From Actinomycetota bacterium (GTDB lineage: Bacteria > Actinomycetota > Actinomycetes > Nanopelagicales > Nanopelagicaceae): a stretch of 44,494 bases of DNA. A program made the translations under genes and the position numbers. Below, piece after piece: positions 23,521 through 32,313 of this stretch (within the stretch, counting starts at the first letter, position 1; every line of letters begins with the position of its first letter). The DNA lies in contig JBJOIM010000001.1 of NCBI GenBank assembly GCA_046047175.1, positions 1-44,494 of the forward strand, written 5' to 3'. Below the pieces are notes generated by a model. The model saw nothing but the letters and a program-made list of their open reading frames with translations. It searched no databases and was not told where the DNA came from.

Positions 23521-24531
23521 ATGGATCGCATTGTTCTTACTCTGCCCGGCGATATATCAAGTGTTGCGCTCACAGGGCCTAACGATTCATACATTCGCGC
23601 TCTAGAGAACGCCTTTCCTGACATCGCAATCACTGTTCGGGGTAATGAGGTAATTGTCCGAGGAAGCGCTGAAGGTACAGAGCGGGTGAAGAATTTGATG
23701 CAAAACTTCTTGACCGTTGTGCGTTCCGGACAGTCTTTAAGTGATGATGCAGTGCGACGTTCAATCGCAATGGTGCAGGGCGGTAATGAGTCTCCAGCAG
23801 AGGTTCTTACTTTGAATATTTTGAGCAACCGCGGAAAAACAATCAGACCAAAGACCGCTAATCAAAAACGTTATGTTGATGCGATAGATAAGCACACTGT
23901 TACTTTTGGTATCGGGCCCGCTGGAACTGGTAAGACATATCTGGCAATGGCAAAAGCGGTTCAAGCATTACAGTCAAAGCAGATAAATAGAATTATCTTG
24001 ACCCGTCCAGCTGTTGAAGCGGGTGAGCGATTAGGGTTTTTGCCGGGGACTTTGCATGAAAAGATTGATCCTTATTTACGTCCGTTATTTGATGCTTTGC
24101 ATGACATGTTGGACCCAGAAGCGATTCCAAGGTTGATGTCTTCAGGAACTATTGAGGTAGCTCCACTGGCTTACATGCGTGGTCGCACCTTAAATGATTC
24201 ATTCATTATTTTAGATGAGGCTCAAAATACCTCTCCTGAACAGATGAAGATGTTTCTAACTCGCCTGGGATTTGGCTCAAAGATGGTTGTTACTGGAGAT
24301 GTCACGCAGATCGATTTACCAACACATCAGGAGTCGGGTTTGAGCATCGTCAGAGATATTTTGGAGGGCATCCCAGACATCTCCTTTATGGATTTAACTT
24401 CAGAAGATGTTGTTCGCCATCGATTGGTTAGTGAAATCGTTGACGCCTATGGCAAGTTTGATGCACGGTCCGAAGGTAGCCACCCTGGTCGCCGGATAAA
24501 CAAGCCACGTTCTCTAAGGAGTGATCGCTGA
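23521..24531 (+). CDS. phoH: PhoH-like ATPase
   Basis: It has Walker A GPAGTGKT and Walker B FIILDEAQN. The ORF-track start at 23401 overlaps the HIT gene; the ATG at 23521 (MDRIVLTL) is more plausible. Confidence 0.9.
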   Translation: MDRIVLTLPGDISSVALTGPNDSYIRALENAFPDIAITVRGNEVIVRGSAEGTERVKNLMQNFLTVVRSGQSLSDDAVRRSIAMVQGGNESPAEVLTLNILSNRGKTIRPKTANQKRYVDAIDKHTVTFGIGPAGTGKTYLAMAKAVQALQSKQINRIILTRPAVEAGERLGFLPGTLHEKIDPYLRPLFDALHDMLDPEAIPRLMSSGTIEVAPLAYMRGRTLNDSFIILDEAQNTSPEQMKMFLTRLGFGSKMVVTGDVTQIDLPTHQESGLSIVRDILEGIPDISFMDLTSEDVVRHRLVSEIVDAYGKFDARSEGSHPGRRINKPRSLRSDR

Positions 24532-24573
24532 TTCTTTCCTTAATGCTTTTGAGCATGTGGATTTGAGTGCGAA

Positions 24574-25020
24574 ATGAATATAGAAATAACAAACCTCACT
24601 GCGATTGACTGTTCCGAGTCAAAGCTGGTGTCTGTCGCAGATTATGCGATGCACTCATTGGGATTACACAAGGATTGCGAGTTAAGCATTTCTCTTGTCG
24701 ATGAATCAGAGATGAGCGCCTTGCATGTGCGCTGGATGGATGAGCCAGGAGCTACTGATGTTCTATCGTTTCCTATGGATGAACTGCGGCCAGAATCTGC
24801 CGCATCAGGCCCGGGAATGTTGGGTGACATAATTCTCTGCCCAGAGTTTGCGGCACGACAGGCAAACCAGATTGGACATACCCTCCAAGAGGAGTTAGAG
24901 CTTTTGACGGTTCATGGCGTTTTGCATCTTGTTGGTTTTGATCATCGGGAAGAGGATGAGAAGAATCTTATGTTTGGTCTGCAGGAAAGATACTTAACTA
25001 ATTGGAGAGCACAGCAATGA
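24574..25020 (+). CDS. ybeY: rRNA maturation endoribonuclease YbeY
   Basis: 148 aa with the zinc motif HGVLHLVGFDH. Confidence 0.93.
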   Translation: MNIEITNLTAIDCSESKLVSVADYAMHSLGLHKDCELSISLVDESEMSALHVRWMDEPGATDVLSFPMDELRPESAASGPGMLGDIILCPEFAARQANQIGHTLQEELELLTVHGVLHLVGFDHREEDEKNLMFGLQERYLTNWRAQQ

Positions 25021-26318
25021 CAATTAACGCATCCTTATCAGTAATAGCTCTTTTGCTATTTGCTGGGTTTCTTGCGGGCTCTGAATCTGCCATTAACTCT
25101 ATATCCCGAGTCTTTGTTGAAGAGTTACAGGTTAAGTCCTCTCGTGCAGCTGGTTGGGTACAAAAAGTACTGAAGGAGCCAGCTCGATACTTAAATGTAA
25201 TTCTCTTTGTCCGCAAGGCTTGCGAGTTGACCGCTACTGTAATTGTTGCCGAATCTTTAAGAGCTTATTTTGATTCAATCTTTGCATCTATGGCTGCAGC
25301 TATCGGCGTCATGCTGGTGCTCTCATACGTTGTAGTCGGAGTTGGACCCCGAACTTTGGGTAAACAGCATGCCGGTAAATGGATTGTGCCTTCTTGTTTT
25401 ATGGCAGTTCTGCTTTCAAAAATTCTTGGCCCTCTAACCACCTTGTTAATTGCAATTGGAAATGCACTAACCCCTGGCAAGGGTTTCAAATCTGGGCCTT
25501 TTGCTAATGAGGCAGAGCTGCGAGATCTAGTGGATCAGGCCCACGAGCGTGGTTTAGTTGAAGAATCAGAGCATGAAATGATTCACTCAGTATTTGAACT
25601 GGGCGATACCTTGGTTCGTGAGTTGATGGTGCCGCGCACTGAGATGGTTTGGATTGAAGGCAATAAAAACCTACGTCAAGGACTTTCATTAGCTTTGCGC
25701 TCCGGCTTTACCAGAATCCCGGTGATTGGGGAAAACCTAGATAACATTTTGGGCATCGCCTATGTAAAGGATTTGGCGAAACGAACCCATGAGTATCGCG
25801 AATCAGAGCAAACCGAGCTAGTCAAAGAGCATTTACGAAAAGCTTCCTTTGTTCCAGAAACCAAGACCGCATCAGAGCTGTTAAAGGAGATGCAGCGAGA
25901 TCAGATTCACTTAGCTATCGTGGTAGATGAGTACGGCGGAACCGCAGGATTGATCACCATCGAAGATATTCTCGAGGAGATCGTCGGTGAAATCGCTGAT
26001 GAATACGATGATGATGTTGAAGAGATTGAATGGATTTCAGAGAAACAGGCAAGGGTTTCAGCACGTCTACATCTCGAGGATCTCGCGGATAATTTGAAGT
26101 TGGATTTGAGTGAGGAAGAGCTGGAGGATGTAGACACCGTTGGTGGTTATGTGGCTAAGGTTCTTGGCAGAGTTCCCATTCCAGGTAGTAGTGTGAAGTT
26201 ACATGGCTGGGAGATAATTGCAGAACGTCCAGTTGGTAGACGCCATAGAATCGCTACCTTTGTACTGGAGAATCAAAATGTTGATTCGGCTACCAATGTT
26301 CCAACTGAAGAGGTTTAA
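25017..26318 (+). CDS. Hemolysin-family membrane protein (DUF21/CNNM TM domain, CBS pair, CorC_HlyC domain)
   Basis: It has an N-terminal polytopic region, a CBS pair (VRELMVPRTEM..., HLAIVVDEYGGTAGLITIEDILEEIVGEI) and a C-terminal CorC domain. It has an ATGA overlap with ybeY. Confidence 0.88.
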   Translation: MTINASLSVIALLLFAGFLAGSESAINSISRVFVEELQVKSSRAAGWVQKVLKEPARYLNVILFVRKACELTATVIVAESLRAYFDSIFASMAAAIGVMLVLSYVVVGVGPRTLGKQHAGKWIVPSCFMAVLLSKILGPLTTLLIAIGNALTPGKGFKSGPFANEAELRDLVDQAHERGLVEESEHEMIHSVFELGDTLVRELMVPRTEMVWIEGNKNLRQGLSLALRSGFTRIPVIGENLDNILGIAYVKDLAKRTHEYRESEQTELVKEHLRKASFVPETKTASELLKEMQRDQIHLAIVVDEYGGTAGLITIEDILEEIVGEIADEYDDDVEEIEWISEKQARVSARLHLEDLADNLKLDLSEEELEDVDTVGGYVAKVLGRVPIPGSSVKLHGWEIIAERPVGRRHRIATFVLENQNVDSATNVPTEEV

Positions 26319-26327
26319 GGTTAGCCA

Positions 26328-27116
26328 GTGCGCATAGTCAGATTTGCTCCCCCCGAAGGCTCAAAACTTGGAGCCGATCCACATTTTGGAATCCTGGAAG
26401 ATGACAAAACCATCCGAGCGATCGCTAGTGATCCGCTCTATGCTGGGGTTTTCCCGGAAGATGATCGATTCTCAATCGATGATGTGCGGTTACTAGCTCC
26501 CGTTATTCCACGCAGTAAAGTGGTTTGCGTAGGCAAGAATTACGCTGACCATGCTGCGGAAATGGGTGGAGAGGTTCCATCTGAGCCGATTATTTTCATC
26601 AAACCAAACACCTCTGTAATAGGACCCAATGAGGTTATTCAGTGGCCGAGCACCTCCGAGCGGATTGATCATGAAGCGGAGCTAGCGGTCGTGATTTCAA
26701 AAATCTGCAAAGAGGTTCCAAAGGAAAAGGCTCAAGATGTGATTTTTGGTTACACCTTGGCAAATGATGTAACTGCACGCGATCTGCAAAAGAAGGATGG
26801 ACAGTGGAGTAGAGCAAAAGGATTCGACACTTTTTGTCCACTAGGGCCATGGATCGATACTGATTTCAAACCAGGAAGCCAACTAGTAACGGCTCATGTC
26901 GATGGAGAGTTGAAACAATCCGCTCCCTTATCCGATATGGTTTTCGATGTTCCATTCATTATCGAGTTTGTAACCAAGGTTATGACTCTGCTGCCAGGTG
27001 ATGTAATTCTTACCGGCACCCCTTCAGGAATTGGTCCTATGAATGCTGGAGGAGAGGTTGTCGTGTCCATCGAGGGTTTGGGTAGTTTGAGGAATCGGGT
27101 GTCTAGACGTGGCTAA
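26328..27116 (+). CDS. Fumarylacetoacetate hydrolase (FAH) family protein
   Basis: 262 aa with FAH-fold motifs (VCVGKNYADHAAE, HEAELAVVI, DVTARDLQ, PGDVILTGTPSGIG). It starts at GTG and sits next to gltX, as Rv2993c does in M. tuberculosis. Confidence 0.88.
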   Translation: MRIVRFAPPEGSKLGADPHFGILEDDKTIRAIASDPLYAGVFPEDDRFSIDDVRLLAPVIPRSKVVCVGKNYADHAAEMGGEVPSEPIIFIKPNTSVIGPNEVIQWPSTSERIDHEAELAVVISKICKEVPKEKAQDVIFGYTLANDVTARDLQKKDGQWSRAKGFDTFCPLGPWIDTDFKPGSQLVTAHVDGELKQSAPLSDMVFDVPFIIEFVTKVMTLLPGDVILTGTPSGIGPMNAGGEVVVSIEGLGSLRNRVSRRG

Positions 27117-28572
27117 TAACCAAAGAGATGTTCGGGTTCGATTCGCACCTTCACCTACTGGAGATTTACATGTCGGCAATATCCGCACCGCACTTTTTGA
27201 TTGGGCTTATGCCCGACATACAGGCGGAAAGCTAATCTTCAGAATTGAGGATACGGATCGCGAACGTGTTACCGATGAATACATCGCCCGCGCGATCGAG
27301 ACGCTGCGCTGGTTGGGATTAGATTGGGATGAAGGCCCCGAGGTTGGTGGTCCATACGGACCTTATTTACAGTCACAGCGACTAGATATTTACACCGAAT
27401 GGGCGCAAACCTTTTTGCGAAATGGCGATGCCTACAACTGCTACTGCTCAACCGAGGAGTTAGAGGCCCGTCGCGAGAAACAACGGGAGCTAAATCAAGC
27501 CCCTGGTTATGATGGAAAGTGCCGGGATTTAGCTTCTGCTGAAATCGCTGCTTTTCAAGCCGAGGGACGCCAGCCGGTTATCCGGATGAGAATGCCCGAT
27601 GGTGAAACCCGCTTTACAGATTTAATCCGCGGCGAAGTTGTTTTCGAGCATAAATATGTGCCGGATTTTGTTTTGATGCGAGCCGATGGTTCTCCTCTAT
27701 ACACCCTAGCGGTCGCGGTTGATGATGTTTTGATGAAGGTAACCCATGTACTTCGCGGTGAGGATCTTCTCTCTTCAACTCCAAGACAGATTCGGGTTTA
27801 TCAGGCGATGCAGGTAGATACTGCAGATTATCCAGTTTTTGCGCACCTGCCATTTGTGATGGGGCAGGACAACGCTAAGTTATCCAAGCGCAATGGTGAG
27901 GTATCAATTGCGTGGTATCGCGAACAAGGATTTTTGCCAGAGGCGATCTGTAATTATCTTGCTTTACTTGGTTGGTCCCCAGGCGATGATCGCGAAAATG
28001 TTTCTATGCAGGAGCTAGTTGAACTATTTACTGTAGAAAGGGTCAACAGCTCTCCAGCGCGCTTTGACATGAAGAAACTTGAGGCGATAAATGGTGACAA
28101 GATTCGAGCATTAACAATTGATGATTTCTTGGCGCGAGCTTTGCCATTTTTGTTAAAGGATGGCGTAATTTCCGGAACAGATGATGAAATCGCAGTAGTT
28201 AAATCTGCATTACCAATCATTCAAGAGCGTATTGCGCGGATGAATGAGGTTACTGCAATGTTGAAATTCTTGTTTGTTGAACAACTTTCATTTGAGCCAG
28301 AGTCAGAGGCGAAAATCAAAGAAGAGCCATCTCAGCATGTTGTTCAAAAAGCCCTTGAGGCGTTGCGAGATTTGCAGAACTGGAACCACTCTGAGATAGA
28401 GGCCAAATTACGTGCGGTTTTATTGGATGAAATGGGGCTAAAGCCTAGGTTAGCTTTTGGACCGGTTCGCATTGCCGTAACTGGCAGCCATATCTCTCCA
28501 CCTTTATTTGAATCGATGGAGTTATTGGGCAAGGAGCGTTCGCTGGCGAGGTTGCAGGCTGCGGTTCAATAG
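27109..28572 (+). CDS. gltX: Glutamate--tRNA ligase
   Basis: 487 aa. It has RFAPSPTGDLHVGNIRTA (HIGH region) and KLSKRNG (KMSKS). It starts at GTG and overlaps the FAH gene by 8 nt. Confidence 0.95.
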   Translation: MANNQRDVRVRFAPSPTGDLHVGNIRTALFDWAYARHTGGKLIFRIEDTDRERVTDEYIARAIETLRWLGLDWDEGPEVGGPYGPYLQSQRLDIYTEWAQTFLRNGDAYNCYCSTEELEARREKQRELNQAPGYDGKCRDLASAEIAAFQAEGRQPVIRMRMPDGETRFTDLIRGEVVFEHKYVPDFVLMRADGSPLYTLAVAVDDVLMKVTHVLRGEDLLSSTPRQIRVYQAMQVDTADYPVFAHLPFVMGQDNAKLSKRNGEVSIAWYREQGFLPEAICNYLALLGWSPGDDRENVSMQELVELFTVERVNSSPARFDMKKLEAINGDKIRALTIDDFLARALPFLLKDGVISGTDDEIAVVKSALPIIQERIARMNEVTAMLKFLFVEQLSFEPESEAKIKEEPSQHVVQKALEALRDLQNWNHSEIEAKLRAVLLDEMGLKPRLAFGPVRIAVTGSHISPPLFESMELLGKERSLARLQAAVQ

Positions 28573-28629
28573 CTTAATTTTTCGCTGGTATTCTTTGCCT
28601 CTTGTCACAAGCCCAAAAGGCTGTGACCT

Positions 28630-28701
28630 TGGGGTATGGGGTAATTGGCAGCCCAGCTGATTCTGGTTCAGCTTGTCTAGGTTCGAGTCCTGGTACCCCA
28701 G
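28630..28701 (+). tRNA. tRNA-Gln (anticodon CTG)
   Basis: Hand fold: acceptor TGGGGTA/TACCCCA, D-stem GGGT/GCCC, anticodon stem GCTGA/TCAGC with loop TTCTGGT, T-arm CTAGG-TTCGAGT-CCTGG, discriminator G. CCA is not encoded. Confidence 0.9.
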
Positions 28702-28745
28702 CGCAGTACAACTAAATATTTTTTTTAGATAACACAACGAGATCT

Positions 28746-28821
28746 GGCCCCGTCGTCTAGCGGCCTAGGACTCTGGCTTCTCAAGCCAGCTACGAGGGTT
28801 CGAATCCCTTCGGGGCTGCCA
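28746..28821 (+). tRNA. tRNA-Glu (anticodon CTC), with CCA encoded
   Basis: Hand fold: acceptor GGCCCCG/CGGGGCT (G1:U72), a Glu-type D-arm GTCTAGCGGCCTAGGAC, anticodon stem CTGGC/GCCAG with loop TTCTCAA, T-arm GAGGG-TTCGAAT-CCCTT, then G-CCA. Confidence 0.9.
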
Positions 28822-28840
28822 GACTCGTTAATTCTTCTAG

Positions 28841-29560
28841 CTAATTTTTCTTGGAGATAAACTCGCTTAACTTTGTAGCTGTTGCGACCACGGCTGCTGC
28901 ATGAACCCGCCCTGGCTGTCTGCCCAATCGTTCAATAGGTCCGCTAATGCTTACCGCTGCAATTACTCTGTTGTTTGGACCGCGGACAGGTGCAGAGACA
29001 GATGCAACACCAGGTTCACGCTCTCCAACACTTTGTGCCCAACCACGACGACGCACCGCGGATAATGCGGCCGCGTTAAACCTTGCATTGGACAATGCTC
29101 GATGTAACTTATCCGCATCCTCCCAAGCCAAAAGTATTTGGGCCGCAGATCCAGCATTCATTGTCAGAGCAGCACCTACTGGAACTGAATCACGCAAACC
29201 AGAAAGTCTCTCGGCCGCTGCAACACAGATTCGCATATCACCTTGTCTGCGATAAAGCTGAGCACTTTCACCGGTTGCATCACGTAGGGCGGTCAGAGCT
29301 GGTGCGGCTGCGGCCAGTAAACGATCCTCGCCAGCAGAGGCGGCAAGTTCTGCAGGTCTTGGTCCCAAAATAAATCGGCCATTCAAATCCCGTGCCACCA
29401 TTCGGTGATGCTCTAGCGCAACCGCCAAACGATGAGCTGTGGGACGTGCAATCTTTGTAGCGGCAACCAACTCAGAGAGAGAGTGCGGTCCGGACTCCAA
29501 TACTCCTAGAATCCTCACGGCTTTATCTAAAACGCCGACTCCGCTATTCTTTCTGTCCAT
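28841..29560 (-). CDS. IclR-family transcriptional regulator (LtbR-like, divergent from leuCD)
   Basis: 239 aa with an N-terminal wHTH (VLDKAVRILGVLESGPHSLSELVAATKIARPTAHRLAVAL) and an IclR effector domain. The divergent arrangement with leuC matches Corynebacterium LtbR and Mtb Rv2989. Confidence 0.9.
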   Translation of the reverse strand: MDRKNSGVGVLDKAVRILGVLESGPHSLSELVAATKIARPTAHRLAVALEHHRMVARDLNGRFILGPRPAELAASAGEDRLLAAAAPALTALRDATGESAQLYRRQGDMRICVAAAERLSGLRDSVPVGAALTMNAGSAAQILLAWEDADKLHRALSNARFNAAALSAVRRRGWAQSVGEREPGVASVSAPVRGPNNRVIAAVSISGPIERLGRQPGRVHAAAVVATATKLSEFISKKN

Positions 29561-29575
29561 AATCTAATACTGCCA

Positions 29576-29590
29576 TCTCATCATATGAGA
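29576..29590. promoter_or_regulatory. 6-3-6 inverted repeat TCTCAT-CAT-ATGAGA in the 58-bp IclR/leuC divergent spacer (candidate operator)
   Basis: Read directly. It is the only obvious dyad symmetry in the 29561-29618 spacer. Confidence 0.3.
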
Positions 29591-29618
29591 AGCAAGTCAC
29601 AAGGGGTAATGAATAGCA

Positions 29619-31016
29619 ATGGGAAAGACGCTCGCAGAAAAGGTTTGGGAAGACCACGTAGTTCGGCGCAATGCCGGAGAACCCGATCTTTTGTATATCG
29701 ATCTGCACTTAATTCACGAGGTAACCAGCCCACAAGCCTTTGATGGATTACGTTTGTCAGGCAGAAAGGTACGTCGCCCAGATTTAACGTTAGCAACCGA
29801 GGATCACAACGTTCCAACTTTGGATATTGATAAACCGATTGCTGATCCAGTTTCCAGATTGCAGGTAGATACCTTGCGAAAGAACTGCCAAGAGTTTGGG
29901 GTTCGGATTCACTCCCTCGGTGATGTGGAGCAGGGAATCGTGCATGTGGTCGGACCACAGCTGGGATTAACTCAGCCTGGCATGACAATTGTTTGCGGAG
30001 ATTCCCACACCTCTACCCATGGAGCCTTTGGCGCTTTGGCATTTGGAATTGGTACCAGCGAGGTAGAGCATGTGTTGGCTACCCAAACGCTGCCATTGGC
30101 AAAACCAAAGACAATGGCGATCAATGTTGAAGGAAGCTTGAAGCCTGGCGTCACCAGTAAGGACATCATCTTGGCCATCATCGCCAAAATAAGTACAGGT
30201 GGCGGACAAGGTTATGTACTCGAGTATCGAGGCAGCGCCATTAGAGCTCTTTCTATGGAAGCGCGTATGACAATCTGCAACATGTCTATTGAAGCGGGCG
30301 CCCGTGCCGGTCTGATTGCGCCAGATCAAACCACCTTTGATTACATAAAGGGACGTCCTCATGCACCAACCGGGACGGATTGGGATGCCGCAGTTGAGTA
30401 TTGGAAGACTCTGAAAAGTGATGATGATGCCAAGTTTGATAAAGAGATTTATCTGAATGCCGATGAGCTCTCACCTTTTGTAACTTGGGGGACTAACCCA
30501 GGACAAGGTGTTCCATTAAATGAAACCGTTCCAAATCCGGAGAGCTTTGATGATCCTGAAGAGCGCACCGCTGCACAACGCGCTTTGGAGTACATGGGGC
30601 TCGATGCTGGTACTCCGATGAAAAAAATCAAGGTAGACACTGTTTTTCTGGGCTCTTGTACCAATGGACGCATTGAAGATTTACGTGCAGCAGCCGCAAT
30701 AATTAAGGGCAATAAGGTCGCGGAAAACACCAGAATGATGGTGGTGCCGGGATCGGCAAGAGTTCGACTACAAGCTGAGTCTGAGGGACTCGACAAGATC
30801 TTTCTCGCTGCTGGTGCTGAGTGGCGCAGTGCTGGGTGCTCGATGTGTCTTGGTATGAATCCAGATCAATTAAAACCCGGGGAGAGATCAGCCTCGACAA
30901 GTAATAGAAACTTTGAGGGCCGCCAAGGTAAAGGTGGTAGAACTCATTTGGTAAGTCCATTAGTTGCAGCGGCGACTGCAATTCGCGGAACTCTTTCCTC
31001 GCCGGCGGATCTCTAG
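29619..31016 (+). CDS. leuC: 3-isopropylmalate dehydratase, large subunit
   Basis: 465 aa with aconitase-family motifs ([35 protein letters not shown]). Confidence 0.96.
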   Translation: MGKTLAEKVWEDHVVRRNAGEPDLLYIDLHLIHEVTSPQAFDGLRLSGRKVRRPDLTLATEDHNVPTLDIDKPIADPVSRLQVDTLRKNCQEFGVRIHSLGDVEQGIVHVVGPQLGLTQPGMTIVCGDSHTSTHGAFGALAFGIGTSEVEHVLATQTLPLAKPKTMAINVEGSLKPGVTSKDIILAIIAKISTGGGQGYVLEYRGSAIRALSMEARMTICNMSIEAGARAGLIAPDQTTFDYIKGRPHAPTGTDWDAAVEYWKTLKSDDDAKFDKEIYLNADELSPFVTWGTNPGQGVPLNETVPNPESFDDPEERTAAQRALEYMGLDAGTPMKKIKVDTVFLGSCTNGRIEDLRAAAAIIKGNKVAENTRMMVVPGSARVRLQAESEGLDKIFLAAGAEWRSAGCSMCLGMNPDQLKPGERSASTSNRNFEGRQGKGGRTHLVSPLVAAATAIRGTLSSPADL

Positions 31017-31025
31017 GAGTTAATA

Positions 31026-31625
31026 ATGGAAAAATTCATTTCACACACGGGAACCGGAATACCACTTCGCCGCAGCAATGTTGACACCGATCAGATCATT
31101 CCGGCGGTTTACTTAAAGCGGGTTACCAGATCTGGTTTCGAAGATGGCCTATTTGCCGCTTGGCGCAATGATCCAGAGTTTGTCTTGAATAAGCCTGAGT
31201 ATGCAAAGGCAAGTATTTTGGTGGCGGGAATTGATTTTGGTACCGGCTCCTCAAGAGAGCATGCGGTTTGGGCGCTACAGAATTATGGCTTCAAAGTTGT
31301 CATCTCCAGCAGATTTGCCGACATCTTCCGGGGCAACTCCCTAAAAGGTGGATTGCTAACTGTCATATTGCCACAAGCAGAGATTGAAGCATTGTGGGGC
31401 GCTATAGAGCAGGATCCCGCGATGCAGATTGCTGTAGATCTGGAAAAGAAGAGTGTTTCCTACAAAGATCGCGAAATTAGCTTTGATTTAGATGATTACA
31501 CACGCTGGAGATTGATGGAAGGACTGGATGACATTGGCCTAACCATGAGAAATCTTGATGTGGTTGAAGATTTCGAGGAAAAAAGAGCGAAATTTAAGCC
31601 AAAAACGCTGCCTGTTCTCTCATAA
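31026..31625 (+). CDS. leuD: 3-isopropylmalate dehydratase, small subunit
   Basis: 199 aa with [10 protein letters not shown] and [13 protein letters not shown] motifs. Confidence 0.95.
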   Translation: MEKFISHTGTGIPLRRSNVDTDQIIPAVYLKRVTRSGFEDGLFAAWRNDPEFVLNKPEYAKASILVAGIDFGTGSSREHAVWALQNYGFKVVISSRFADIFRGNSLKGGLLTVILPQAEIEALWGAIEQDPAMQIAVDLEKKSVSYKDREISFDLDDYTRWRLMEGLDDIGLTMRNLDVVEDFEEKRAKFKPKTLPVLS

Positions 31626-31658
31626 CCTTGTCATAAGTGGAGTTTTTCTCCGACTCTC

Positions 31659-31680
31659 AACCTCTAATTGAGGGTTTTTT
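31659..31680 (+). terminator. Weak hairpin plus T6 downstream of leuD (possible intrinsic terminator)
   Basis: AACCTC-TAATT-GAGGGTT followed by TTTTTT. The core stem is only 4-6 bp with a bulge. Confidence 0.3.
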
Positions 31681-31768
31681 ACGCATAAAAACCAGCTTTT
31701 TTCTTGATTGGTCATTTGCGATTTGTTGCGACACACCGAGTGTGATACGGGAAAACCTTGATTTATAT

Positions 31769-31817
31769 GCGTAAATTTATCGACAGGTTAAGCAAACGCT
31801 TAACTTTACGCGTAAAT
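31769..31817. promoter_or_regulatory. Repeat/palindrome module upstream of hupB: GCGTAAAT, then a perfect 7-bp inverted repeat GTTAAGC-AAAC-GCTTAAC, then GCGTAAAT
   Basis: Read directly. The direct repeats are at 31769-31776 and 31810-31817, and the palindrome is at 31787-31804. The module ends 11 nt before the hupB ATG, just upstream of the AAGGGGA RBS. Confidence 0.3.
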
Positions 31818-31828
31818 AAGGGGATTAA

Positions 31829-32248
31829 ATGAACAAGACCCAGTTCATTGCTTCGTTGGCACCACACTTCAACGGAAGCAAGAAAGAGGCAGGCCACGCT
31901 GTAGAAATCGTTTTCGATTCCATCGTGCGCAATATCCAAAAGGGCGAAGATGTAACCATCAACGATTTTGGAAAGTTTAAGAAGGTAGATCGCAAGGCAC
32001 GTAAGGGTCGTAACCCTTTCACCGGCGAGACCATTCAAATCAAAGCGAGCAAGAAGGTTCGCTTCCTCCCAGCTAAGGCGCTTAAGGAAGTTGTTTCTGG
32101 CGCACGTAAGTTGGGTCCAGCTCCAAAGCCAGTCGTAGTTGCAAAGCCAGTAGCCAAAAAGGCGGCCAAGAAGGTTGTTAAGAAGGTTGCAAAGAAGGCT
32201 CCTAAGAAGGCAGCTAAGAAGCCAGCGAAAAAGGGCAAGAAGAAATAA
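31829..32248 (+). CDS. hupB: Nucleoid-associated protein HU with a Lys/Ala/Pro-rich C-terminal extension (actinobacterial HupB/MDP1 type)
   Basis: The N-terminal 90 aa form an HU fold (MNKTQFI..., GRNPFTGETIQIKASKKVRF). The C-terminal roughly 45 aa are AKKAAKK / PAKK repeats. Confidence 0.94.
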   Translation: MNKTQFIASLAPHFNGSKKEAGHAVEIVFDSIVRNIQKGEDVTINDFGKFKKVDRKARKGRNPFTGETIQIKASKKVRFLPAKALKEVVSGARKLGPAPKPVVVAKPVAKKAAKKVVKKVAKKAPKKAAKKPAKKGKKK

Positions 32249-32261
32249 ATTACTGATTAGT

Positions 32262-32296
32262 AAGGGCCACGCAACTAAGCGTGGCCCTTATTTTTC
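32262..32296 (+). terminator. Strong rho-independent terminator downstream of hupB
   Basis: AAGGGCCACGC-AACTAA-GCGTGGCCCTT is a perfect 11-bp stem followed by ATTTTTCT. Confidence 0.8.
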
Positions 32297-32313
32297 TGCC
32301 CTACGCTTCCACT

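Noticed and set aside
32035-32238. 67-aa Phe/Ala/Leu-rich ORF on the minus strand.
   Set aside because: It is the reverse-complement reading of the Lys/Ala repeat tail of hupB, so it is a low-complexity artefact.
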